DNA of 64,000 nucleotides from an uncultured Candidatus Saccharibacteria bacterium (GTDB lineage Bacteria; Patescibacteriota; Minisyncoccia; Phycocordibacterales; UBA6899): NCBI GenBank assembly GCA_964469335.1, contig CAYXYK010000002.1, positions 125,549 to 189,548 of the forward strand, read 5' to 3'. Shown piece by piece: positions 55,483 to 64,000 of this stretch (position 1 is its first letter; each line of letters starts with the position of its first letter). The notes under the pieces were generated by a model. It saw only the letters and a program-made list of their open reading frames with translations, ran no database searches and was not told where the DNA came from. The position numbers and the translations under genes were made by a program.

Positions 55483-58143
55483 CTAGTTGCCTCGCTTTCC
55501 TTTTGCGAGCATCTTCTTGAGATACTTCCCGGTGTGAGATTTAGTATTATTCGCGACTTCTTCAGGCGTTCCCTTGGCGACAAGCTGTCCACCCCCGGAA
55601 CCACCTTCGGGCCCAATATCAATGAGATAATCGCAGGATTTGATCACATCAAGATTATGTTCAATGAGAATGACACTGTTCCCTTTGTCGACGAGCATCT
55701 GCAATATGTCGATGAGTTTCTGTACGTCAGCATAGTGGAGGCCTATCGTCGGCTCATCGAGAAGATAGAGTGTTCGCTGCATCAGTGGTCGATAAAGTTC
55801 AGAGGCGATCTTCACTCGCTGTGCTTCACCGCCCGAAAGTGTCGTCGCAGATTGTCCAAGCTCAAGGTATCCGAGCCCGACATCACTGAGCGACTTGAGT
55901 CTGTCTGAGATCGCAGGGATGTCCTTGAAGAACTCACATGCTTCTTCAACCGTCATTTTGAGCACATCGTAAATACTCTTTTTTCTCCACTTTACTTCAA
56001 GAGTCTCCTTTTGAAACCGTTTGCCTTGGCAGACGTCGCAGAGCACATAGACCGTCGGGAGAAAATGCATTTCAACTGCAACCATACCATTTCCTTCACA
56101 GGCTTCGCATCTGCCTCCTTTGACATTGAATGAGAAGCGAGATGCCTTCCAGCCGCGCACTCGTGCTTCCTCGGTTTCGGCGAAAAGATCGCGTATAAAC
56201 GTCCATGAGCCTGTATAGGTTGCGGGATTTGAGCGCGGAGTGCGGCCAATCGGTGACTGGTCAATCAGAATCGTGCGATGGAGGTATTCCGTACCAGTGA
56301 ACTCCGAGCAATTATAGATCTTCGCGCTGCGATACTTGCGATCAAACCTAGCCTGTAGGTTCTTGTGCACCAACTCATATAGGAATGTCGACTTGCCTGA
56401 CCCAGAAACACCAGTGACAGCCACCATGCGTCCGAGCGGGATACTAACATTCATGTTGTTGATGTTGAAAGCTTTTCCGCCCTTGATTGTAAGTTCCCCT
56501 TTTTCTTTATCTCTACGCTTTTCAGGAACTTTAATCACAGCGTCACCGCGCAAATAGTCGAGTGTAAGTGACTTCTTCTTTTTTTCAAGCAGTAATTCCT
56601 CAAGATATCCTGAAACAACAACGCTACCGCCGTGCACCCCGGCTCCTGGTCCTATGTCGATAAGATAGTCGGATGCGAAAATTGTATCTTCGTCGTGTTC
56701 GACGATGATGATCGAATTTCCCATATCACAAAGGTCTCGAAGTGTCTTGATGAGCTTATCGTTGTCGCGCTGATGTAGTCCGATCGTCGGCTCATCGAGA
56801 ACATAAAGTGCACCGACAAGGCGTGAGCCAAGCTGTGATGCAAGACGGATACGCTGCGCCTCGCCGCCTGAAAGTGTGTTTGCTCGACGCCCAAGCGTAA
56901 GATACCCTATCCCAACATCAAGCATGAAGCGTAGACGGGACTCGATCTCTTTGATGACCACCGAGGATATCTGTCTTTCCATTTCGGTCAATTCGAGTGT
57001 TGCAAAGAATTCGCTAGCAGTCTCGATCGACATGTCTGTGATATCAAGGATGCTTTTCCCCCTCGGATAGAGTGATTTATCCTTTTTCTTTGAAAGTTTA
57101 GACGCTTTGATCTCATTAGCATCTCCAAGCGTGACATTGAGCGCCTCACCGCGTAACCTTGCCCCCTTACATGTCTCGCATGGTTCGTCACCGAAGAAAT
57201 GCTTCGTACCGAGTCCGTTACATGACGGGCAGGCTCCATAAGGTGAATTGAACGAAAAGAGACGCGGTTCGATCTCTGGGTAAGAGAACCCGTCATCCGG
57301 GCAAGCGAACTTCGCCGACATAAGCGTTTCTTCGTCTCCGATGACCATCAGTACAAGCCCATCGGTTTCCTCAAGTGCTTTTTCAACCGATTCGCCAAGG
57401 CGTTCTCGAACTCCCTTTTGATTGTCTTTAAATTCTGATACGAAGAACTCGTCAACGAGGATATCGATATCATGCTTTTTCGTTTTGGTGAGCTCGATGC
57501 GATCACGCAGGTTCTTCGCTTTGCCATCTACACGCACTTTCGTATACCCTTTGGAGAGGAAATCATATAGAAGTTGATAATATTCTCCCTTCCTTCCCCT
57601 GACCACCGGTGCATAGATACCCACCTTGAGCGAGGAATATGCGACTCCCATCACGGTATCTTTTGCTTCGTGTGAACCTATATGTTCGACCCGTTCGATG
57701 ATGAAATTGATGATCTCCTCATTTGTAAGACGCTTGATCGGTTTTCCACAGACAAGACAATGTGGAATACCAACTCTCGCAAAAAGAACGCGAAGATAGT
57801 CATATATCTCCGTAATGGTAGCCACTGTCGACCGAGGATTCGATGAATGGGATTTCTGATCAATGGATATCGCAGGAGATAAGCCGATGATCTCGTCGAC
57901 ATCTGGCTTCTGCATTTGATTGAGAAACTGTCTCGCGTAGGCAGAAAGGGACTCAACGTAACGTCGCTGTCCCTCTGCAAAGATTGTATCAAATGCAAGT
58001 GATGATTTCCCTGAGCCAGAAAGTCCGGTCATGACAACCATTTTGTTCCGTGGCATCTCTACGGTGATGTTCTTCAGATTATGAGTACGAGCACCTCGAA
58101 CAATAATCTTCTCCTCCCCTTTATTCTTTTCTTTTTGTGACAT
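55483..58143 (-). CDS. uvrA: excinuclease ABC subunit A
   Basis: Two ABC ATPase modules ([14 protein letters not shown] and [12 protein letters not shown]) and zinc-finger CxxC motifs. 886 aa. Confidence 0.95.
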   Translation of the reverse strand: MSQKEKNKGEEKIIVRGARTHNLKNITVEMPRNKMVVMTGLSGSGKSSLAFDTIFAEGQRRYVESLSAYARQFLNQMQKPDVDEIIGLSPAISIDQKSHSSNPRSTVATITEIYDYLRVLFARVGIPHCLVCGKPIKRLTNEEIINFIIERVEHIGSHEAKDTVMGVAYSSLKVGIYAPVVRGRKGEYYQLLYDFLSKGYTKVRVDGKAKNLRDRIELTKTKKHDIDILVDEFFVSEFKDNQKGVRERLGESVEKALEETDGLVLMVIGDEETLMSAKFACPDDGFSYPEIEPRLFSFNSPYGACPSCNGLGTKHFFGDEPCETCKGARLRGEALNVTLGDANEIKASKLSKKKDKSLYPRGKSILDITDMSIETASEFFATLELTEMERQISSVVIKEIESRLRFMLDVGIGYLTLGRRANTLSGGEAQRIRLASQLGSRLVGALYVLDEPTIGLHQRDNDKLIKTLRDLCDMGNSIIIVEHDEDTIFASDYLIDIGPGAGVHGGSVVVSGYLEELLLEKKKKSLTLDYLRGDAVIKVPEKRRDKEKGELTIKGGKAFNINNMNVSIPLGRMVAVTGVSGSGKSTFLYELVHKNLQARFDRKYRSAKIYNCSEFTGTEYLHRTILIDQSPIGRTPRSNPATYTGSWTFIRDLFAETEEARVRGWKASRFSFNVKGGRCEACEGNGMVAVEMHFLPTVYVLCDVCQGKRFQKETLEVKWRKKSIYDVLKMTVEEACEFFKDIPAISDRLKSLSDVGLGYLELGQSATTLSGGEAQRVKIASELYRPLMQRTLYLLDEPTIGLHYADVQKLIDILQMLVDKGNSVILIEHNLDVIKSCDYLIDIGPEGGSGGGQLVAKGTPEEVANNTKSHTGKYLKKMLAKGKRGN

Positions 58144-58186
58144 GAAAGTAGCGCGATTCTAGCATGGAACGCTTGCTTTACAAAAT

Positions 58187-58783
58187 TTACATTTCCCCCA
58201 ATTCCCCGCCAAGATTTTCGAGTCGAAGGGTCGTAACAGAAACACCCATTTTTTGTATCTGTTCTTTTGAAAGCTTAGGCATACTCACGTGATAACGTGA
58301 CCAGATGAGTCGTTCCAAATCATCGACAGTCTTGATATTGCTCATCGAATATGCGAAGTCTGTTGCGGTAAGGTCATGATAAGGTACTCGGTCTTTTTTT
58401 CGTACACATGTCCCGAAGAGAATATTTTCGAATGAAAGCAACGGCGGCAACTCATCTTCGCTGGAGTGAAAATAACCTTGCACCAGTATCCGCGGCAGAG
58501 CATATCTGGCACCGATCTTATGTCCCGAGTACTCAAGATTGAAATGGGTGAAATATGGCAGATATGTCTCGATGTGATGGTACTCATCCTTGCGGATTCG
58601 AATAGAGCCATCGATACCCAATTTCGCATGAAGAAGTTCCGTACTTACTGTAGTAGTGAGTCCGTTTTCCAAAACGACGTATTCCTCGTCAGATTTTTTC
58701 CCACTTCTTTGTGTGAAATTATTCAAAGCTATGGCATTAATGCGGGCAAACGATCTAATTACCTTGCCCTCTCGGCTTCGCAA
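58187..58783 (-). CDS. hypothetical protein
   Basis: 198-aa ORF overlapping the upstream response-regulator gene by about 29 nt. Start uncertain. No family recognised. Confidence 0.4.
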   Translation of the reverse strand: MRSREGKVIRSFARINAIALNNFTQRSGKKSDEEYVVLENGLTTTVSTELLHAKLGIDGSIRIRKDEYHHIETYLPYFTHFNLEYSGHKIGARYALPRILVQGYFHSSEDELPPLLSFENILFGTCVRKKDRVPYHDLTATDFAYSMSNIKTVDDLERLIWSRYHVSMPKLSKEQIQKMGVSVTTLRLENLGGELGEM

Positions 58784-59582
58784 CTATACGTTTTACTTCC
58801 TGTACAACTTCGTCAAGTGTGTAGTTCGCCTTCACGAGAAAGTGATCCGCGCCGCCCTTTAGCGCACGCTCAACATCTTCTCTTTGACCAAAATTTGAGA
58901 GCATTGCAACGTGGGTGCTCGCAAGTGCTGGGTTAAGCCGTATGCGACGTAACACTTCATAACCATCGATTCCAGGAAGAAGGATATCTAAAAGAATGAT
59001 GTTCGGTATATTCTTCTCTGCAAGTGAAAGTCCTTGCTCTCCATCCATCGCTGTCGTCACATCAAGATTCTCTTTGGCCATCTTCTGGGCTGCGAGATCA
59101 CGAAGAAATTTGTCGTCTTCTACCATCAGTACCCTGATCTTCTGCTCACTTTTTTGGACTGCAGACATCTGGGGTTGCATGCTTGGTTCATGTGCCGGGC
59201 CGATCTGCTTTGCGATCTTTGATATTATCTGATCGGGCGTGAACGAGGTCTTTACGAAGTAATCTTTGATGCCAAGATGGAGGCCCTTCGAAATCTCCAT
59301 CAGATCCCCATTATTCGATGCTATGATGATCGGAAGTTCCTTTTGCCACAGCTCCCCAGTGCTCCGAAGTGATTCGATCATAGCAAAGCCATCAAAATCT
59401 GAAGCACCAACATCAAGGATGAGGAGATCTGGGTGATAGCGATCGAACTCTGAAGCAGCACTTGGTGCATCATGAACGGCGAGCGTCCCGTATCCCACTT
59501 CTCCTAGTTTTGATACAAGAGTGCTCGCGATTGCTTGATCGCTCAAAAGTAGCAAGATTTTCTTTTCAGTCTCAGGATTCAT
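58755..59582 (-). CDS. response regulator with two tandem receiver domains and no output domain
   Basis: REC1: KKILLLLSD...DLLILDVGASDFDG. REC2: IRVLMVEDD...NIILLDILLPGIDGYEVL...HVAMLSNF. 275 aa. Confidence 0.8.
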   Translation of the reverse strand: MNPETEKKILLLLSDQAIASTLVSKLGEVGYGTLAVHDAPSAASEFDRYHPDLLILDVGASDFDGFAMIESLRSTGELWQKELPIIIASNNGDLMEISKGLHLGIKDYFVKTSFTPDQIISKIAKQIGPAHEPSMQPQMSAVQKSEQKIRVLMVEDDKFLRDLAAQKMAKENLDVTTAMDGEQGLSLAEKNIPNIILLDILLPGIDGYEVLRRIRLNPALASTHVAMLSNFGQREDVERALKGGADHFLVKANYTLDEVVQEVKRIVAKPRGQGN

Positions 59583-59620
59583 CGCGGAATTGATTAATGC
59601 TTAGTATAACATAAGTTAGC

Positions 59621-61057
59621 TCAGGAGCTGAACGGTAAGAGCACGTGGAATGTGGTGCCGACATCCAGCACGCTTTCGAACCATATTTTCCCCCCGTGTC
59701 GTTTTATAACACTTTGAGCTATGAATAGGCCGAGTCCCGAGCCATCAGTTTCCGTATGCACCGCATTGTTCGCGCGGAAAAAGCGCGAGAAAATCTTCTC
59801 TTTTTCGTCATCAGGAATACCGATTCCGTTGTCTTTAACCCAAAAATGTAGCTCTTCTTTTTCCATTGCTACCCCTACAGACACCGTGCCAGTGTTCTTC
59901 GTGTATTTTATCGCATTATCGATAAGGTTCTGAAGGACATCGCGCATCTTGTCCGGGTCGATTTTAATCTTAGCGAGAGGAGCCTGAGGAGTACTGAACT
60001 CGACCCGAATATTCTTTTGGGTCGCAAGCGGAAGAAGGCTCCGGATCATGTCTTGAACAAGTTCTTCAAACTGAACTGGGACGAAATTGTATTTGATCTT
60101 TCCTGACTCAAGTCGGTCGACCGCGAGCATGTCATTGATAAGCGCGATCATACGCTCATTCGAATCGAATCCTTTGCTGATAAGGTCACGCTGTTCCGGT
60201 GAAACAGGCCCAGCATCTTCATCGAGCAAAATTTTGAGAGTCCACTTGATTGCGGAAAGAGGTGTGCGCAATTGATGAGCGACAATCGAAATAATCTCTG
60301 ATTTCATCTTGTCGAGTTGAGTGAGTTTTTCGTTTGCACCGGACAGCTCAAGATCACGGCGTACCAAAAGTTTCGCACTTTTGTCGAATTCTACCGTAAG
60401 TTCTTCCAAACGCTTCACATGTCCTTCTTCTTTCGTAATTTGCTCAAGTAGTAGCAGGTCGCGGGCACGTAGCAGCCTCGAGATATACCCCCCAAAGAAT
60501 CCCATCAACAGGAAAACGAGGAAAAGTATGCCTGTTTTCGTGAATTCGACTGATGCCTCCCTTGTCATGGTCAAACCTCCGTCTGACATGACCCCTTCGA
60601 CCATGCCGAGTTTGATGAATGATGAAACAAAAAGCAAACAACCTGATATTGCAGCAACGATGATCGACCCACGGAAGCCGAACAGAATCATCGAAACCAT
60701 GATGGTGATCGAAAAGAACGCATGCGCGATACTGTTCACTCCTCCACCAGTAAGAAGCATGATGATGAAGAAGAACACGAGGTCAATTGAAATTTGACTC
60801 AAATTGAGCGCATTGAGTTTCTTTTCAGAAAGTTTGCCTTGATCAATATTATGAAGATAAAAATAGAAGAAGATATTACTCAAAAGCGCCAACAAGACCG
60901 CCGCAGCAGAAGCGAACAGTGCCACTGGCATGTTCGCGTCTTCGTTCGTGATGACCGAAAGCAGGAATGCAAGTAACACATAATACCAACGGGCATCGAT
61001 GATCCACCTCGTGGACTGCAGTCGAGTATTCGAATGATGTACGTTCTCTATTTGCAT
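59621..61057 (-). CDS. polytopic membrane sensor histidine kinase
   Basis: 5-6 N-terminal TM helices. H-box IVAHQLRTPLSAIKW. HATPase_c with DNGIGIP and GSGLGL. 478 aa. Confidence 0.85.
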   Translation of the reverse strand: MQIENVHHSNTRLQSTRWIIDARWYYVLLAFLLSVITNEDANMPVALFASAAAVLLALLSNIFFYFYLHNIDQGKLSEKKLNALNLSQISIDLVFFFIIMLLTGGGVNSIAHAFFSITIMVSMILFGFRGSIIVAAISGCLLFVSSFIKLGMVEGVMSDGGLTMTREASVEFTKTGILFLVFLLMGFFGGYISRLLRARDLLLLEQITKEEGHVKRLEELTVEFDKSAKLLVRRDLELSGANEKLTQLDKMKSEIISIVAHQLRTPLSAIKWTLKILLDEDAGPVSPEQRDLISKGFDSNERMIALINDMLAVDRLESGKIKYNFVPVQFEELVQDMIRSLLPLATQKNIRVEFSTPQAPLAKIKIDPDKMRDVLQNLIDNAIKYTKNTGTVSVGVAMEKEELHFWVKDNGIGIPDDEKEKIFSRFFRANNAVHTETDGSGLGLFIAQSVIKRHGGKIWFESVLDVGTTFHVLLPFSS

Positions 61058-61091
61058 GGATTCACTACGCTCATGTTACGTGATATTTGGG

Positions 61092-62267
61092 TTACTCAGC
61101 AAGGAGCCAAATAAGTAAAGATCCATTGTGGAATGGTACTTGCCCACCAAGTTTGTCCCCGATTTGGGCATACGAATAATACCCGGCGATAGGTACATCC
61201 CTGCCGATCACTTGCTGGATGACTTGTATCTCTTCATCGGCCATTCCCCCGAACATCTTCTTTCGAGCAACTGAATTGATAATGATCGCGGCTTTTGGCT
61301 TCCTTCCTTCGAGTTTTGCCACTGCCTCTTTTGCAGTTTCAACTGCAACCTCAAGGCCCCGCTCAATGTCTGATATCATGAGTCTGACCTCTGATCCTTC
61401 AGGAATTGTCGAAGTGAAAGTCATTCCACCCTTCTGATCAACAAAAACGGGATTGCGAAGAATGACGTGATTCGATTCAGGTAAAAAAACGCCGAGCGGG
61501 TAGGATACAGCCAATGCGGGAAGCAGGCCTTCGTGAAGTTCGTTAAGATGTTCTTCGCCGAAATAGTCCTCATAGATCGTGACTGCGGGCTTCCCGTCGA
61601 GTTCAAGCAATGTTGTACCCTCAGAACGAGTCACTCGTCTAGAGATGCCGATCGGAAGAAATCCGTGTCGAGCGACTCCTGCAGCATGATACTCACCTGA
61701 AATTCCCACCCCTACTGCTGAGCCGTTATATACCTTATCGCCAAGATATTGATATGTTTGGAAGAAAAGCATGTCGTCAGCAGCTGAACCTCCGTAGACC
61801 GGGAAATTTTGACCAAGTCGCTCAAGCATACCATTCAAGGCCATTTCTCCGTTCCCTGAGATGATATCGAGAAAAAGTAATGCCGAAGTCATGTATCCAT
61901 GTGAGTCATACTCGAGCGTATTTGCGAGCTCTTGACCTGCTTGCTTTGAATTCCAAATGATATGATTCCCAACAGCGCCCCAGAATTTGATCTTATCTGA
62001 AGCGATTGCCATCACAACGACGCTTTTTTCTAAGGAAAAACCGTCACTTGAGATCTCTCCAGCAGTAGAGCATCCAACAATAAGTGTGCCGGGGGAGCTC
62101 TTAGAAATTCCTTCTATAAGCTTATCTTGATCGAGTGCAACGGACGCGAACACAAAAAGGACTTCGGGTTTATGAAGAGATAACCCAGACAGTGCCTCGG
62201 CGCATGCATCAACTCCGGCACGATATGCGTCGGTTCCCAGCCCGACTCCAACACTTGCAGCGATCAT
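61092..62267 (-). CDS. FIST (N+C) sensory domain protein
   Basis: Layout and motifs typical of FIST_N/FIST_C signal-transduction domains. 391 aa. Co-oriented with the kinase and the tandem-REC regulator. Confidence 0.65.
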   Translation of the reverse strand: MIAASVGVGLGTDAYRAGVDACAEALSGLSLHKPEVLFVFASVALDQDKLIEGISKSSPGTLIVGCSTAGEISSDGFSLEKSVVVMAIASDKIKFWGAVGNHIIWNSKQAGQELANTLEYDSHGYMTSALLFLDIISGNGEMALNGMLERLGQNFPVYGGSAADDMLFFQTYQYLGDKVYNGSAVGVGISGEYHAAGVARHGFLPIGISRRVTRSEGTTLLELDGKPAVTIYEDYFGEEHLNELHEGLLPALAVSYPLGVFLPESNHVILRNPVFVDQKGGMTFTSTIPEGSEVRLMISDIERGLEVAVETAKEAVAKLEGRKPKAAIIINSVARKKMFGGMADEEIQVIQQVIGRDVPIAGYYSYAQIGDKLGGQVPFHNGSLLIWLLAE

Positions 62268-62318
62268 ATGCGAGTCATTATATCACGATATAGTGACATG
62301 GTGATCGAGTTGTTCAGT

Positions 62319-64000
62319 CTATTTTCTGGTTCGCCTGTCTCCTTTTGGTCCGATCGATTCCCCTCTCAGAAGCTTAATCTCGTCACGTAGGAGTGCGGCT
62401 GTTTCGAAGTCCAGTTCTTTTACTGCTAGTGTCATCTGCTTTTCTTTCTGCTTAATGACTTTTTCTGGGTTCTTTTCATACGCTTTCTTATCGATAAGCA
62501 TCATCTCATATAGCGTCTTGTCATGAACGGTTGTAAGTTGTTCAGTGATATCATTGATCTTTTTCTTAATCGAAATGGGCGTGATGCCATGCTTTTCGTT
62601 GTGTGCAATCTGTATTGCGCGACGCCTGTTGGTCTCTTCGATTGCCGCTGTAAGTGACCCTGTCATCACGTCGGCATAAAGTAGAACGCGACCAGAGATA
62701 TTTCGAGCGGCACGGCCGATCGTCTGTATAAGTGATGTTTCAGAACGTAAAAATCCTTCTTTATCAGCATCAAGGATAGCCACGAGTGACACCTCGGGCA
62801 GATCCAGCCCCTCACGAAGCAAGTTCACTCCAACGAGGCAGTCGAAGGTACCCTTGCGGAATTCCGTGAGTATCTTAATCCGATCCATTGTTTTGACGTC
62901 ACTGTGGAGATACTCGCTTTTCACTCCTTTATCTTTTAGGTACACCGCGAGATCTTCTGCCATCTTTTTTGTAAGAGTCGTTACGATGACACGCTCTCCT
63001 TTTTTTACGGTCTTTATCGTCTCGTCGATGAAATCCTTTATCTGTCCTGGGTAATTCCCCGCTTCAATGACCCCTCGTACGACCATTTCAGGATCGATGA
63101 GACCAGTCGGACGAATGACTTGCTCGACAACTTGTTCGCTTACTTCCCGTTCGAAATCGGCAGGGGTTGCTGACGTGAAAAGTACTTGCCCAACCCGCTT
63201 CTCCCATTCAGTAAAGGTAAGCGGTCTATTGTCGCGAGCTGACGGGAGTCTGAAGCCATGTTCCACTAGCGTTTTTTTTCTAGACTGATCGCCCGCATAC
63301 ATCGCACGTATCTGAGGTACCGAAACATGTGATTCATCGATAACAGTGAGAAAGTCAGGACTCCCATCAGCCTTATGCGGGAAATACGATAAGAGCGTTT
63401 CAGGTGGTTCACCTGCTTTCTTCCCAGAGAAATGACGGGAATAGTTCTCGATCCCACTACAATAGCCGACCTCCTCGATCATCGCGATATCATATTTTGT
63501 ACGACGCTTCAAACGCTCCGCTTCAAGCAATTTTCCTTCTTTCGCGAAGACGGCAAGTTGTTCGTCTAGTTCAAGTCCGATATCGAGGACTGCTCGTTTC
63601 CGCTCGTCCTCACTTGTCACGAAATGTTTCGCCGGAAAAAAGAATGCATGCTGTTCCTTTGAGACGATTGCTCGTGTAATTGGGTCGATCCGAGTGATTG
63701 TTGCGACTTGTGATCCTTCAAACGTAATCTGGTAGATCATGATCTCACCCGTTGGCATGATCTCTAGAGTATTTCCTGTAGCACGAAAAGTGCCAGGACG
63801 AAGATCAGCATTGGTTCGATCGAAATAGACTGATACGAATCTACGAATGATGTCATTGCGGGCAAATGTGTCGCCAACTGATATCTTTATATTGGTCTTA
63901 AGATACTCATCAGGTGAACCAAGCCCGTAGATACACGAGACCGAAGCAACAATTATCACATCCTTACGTGAAAGAAGTGCTTGGGTAGAGGCATGGCGCA
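62319..64000 (-). CDS. uvrB: excinuclease ABC subunit B, C-terminal portion; the gene runs past the window end
   Basis: Helicase domain 2 motifs, UvrB-UvrC interaction region and C-terminal UVR motif (DFETAALLRDEIKLLRGE). The reading frame is open to coordinate 64000. Confidence 0.9.
   Translation of the reverse strand, partial: RHASTQALLSRKDVIIVASVSCIYGLGSPDEYLKTNIKISVGDTFARNDIIRRFVSVYFDRTNADLRPGTFRATGNTLEIMPTGEIMIYQITFEGSQVATITRIDPITRAIVSKEQHAFFFPAKHFVTSEDERKRAVLDIGLELDEQLAVFAKEGKLLEAERLKRRTKYDIAMIEEVGYCSGIENYSRHFSGKKAGEPPETLLSYFPHKADGSPDFLTVIDESHVSVPQIRAMYAGDQSRKKTLVEHGFRLPSARDNRPLTFTEWEKRVGQVLFTSATPADFEREVSEQVVEQVIRPTGLIDPEMVVRGVIEAGNYPGQIKDFIDETIKTVKKGERVIVTTLTKKMAEDLAVYLKDKGVKSEYLHSDVKTMDRIKILTEFRKGTFDCLVGVNLLREGLDLPEVSLVAILDADKEGFLRSETSLIQTIGRAARNISGRVLLYADVMTGSLTAAIEETNRRRAIQIAHNEKHGITPISIKKKINDITEQLTTVHDKTLYEMMLIDKKAYEKNPEKVIKQKEKQMTLAVKELDFETAALLRDEIKLLRGESIGPKGDRRTRK

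Overview
This 64 kb window reads as part of a small, streamlined bacterial genome of about 48% GC. Nearly every gene sits on the minus strand in tightly packed operons that use ATGA-type overlaps. The gene content suggests a Patescibacteria/CPR-like organism, though that is inference: weak Shine-Dalgarno sites, a sigma-70 region 4/HARE-HTH protein, PHP and ATP-cone/Mrr proteins, and shortened UvrC, ATP synthase epsilon and ATP synthase delta.

Recognisable housekeeping genes are an FKBP peptidyl-prolyl isomerase, mnmA, a DnaQ-like exonuclease, murC, mltG, leuS, ychF, and a complete F-type ATP synthase operon (atpBEFHAG, one extra acidic ORF, then atpDC). There are also xseAB, an AddA-like helicase-nuclease with a small Cas4-like nuclease, ddl, uvrC, uvrA and a partial uvrB. 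Two two-component modules are present, one of them with a FIST sensor protein. Several large secreted or surface proteins are encoded. Four tRNAs are present: Pro-CGG and all three Ala isoacceptors (GGC, CGC, UGC).

The most striking feature is a six-gene operon at 28.0-35.2 kb. It is homologous to group-4 [NiFe] hydrogenase / hydrogenase-4 (Hyf) / complex I subunits, but every Ni-Fe and Fe-S ligating cysteine is replaced by Ser or Asp, and no ferredoxin-like subunit is present. It looks like a cofactor-less ion-translocating module, and it lies next to the ATP synthase operon.

Other notable points:
- LeuRS carries a complete Nudix hydrolase domain inserted in its CP1 editing domain.
- XseA carries an N-terminal HRDC-like domain.
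- A thioredoxin-fold redoxin has SxxS in place of CxxC.
- A 122-aa ORF encodes a stand-alone voltage-sensor-like domain.
- Beside that ORF is a GC-rich island with two paralogous 38-aa MRR-peptide minigenes, each with its own RBS and terminator.
- Several single-gene plus-strand islands have elevated GC (about 58%).
- A tRNA-Ala cluster carries an inverted tRNA 3' fragment and a perfect 14-bp hairpin in a 250-nt non-coding stretch.

No rRNA, CRISPR array, transposase or integrase was seen.
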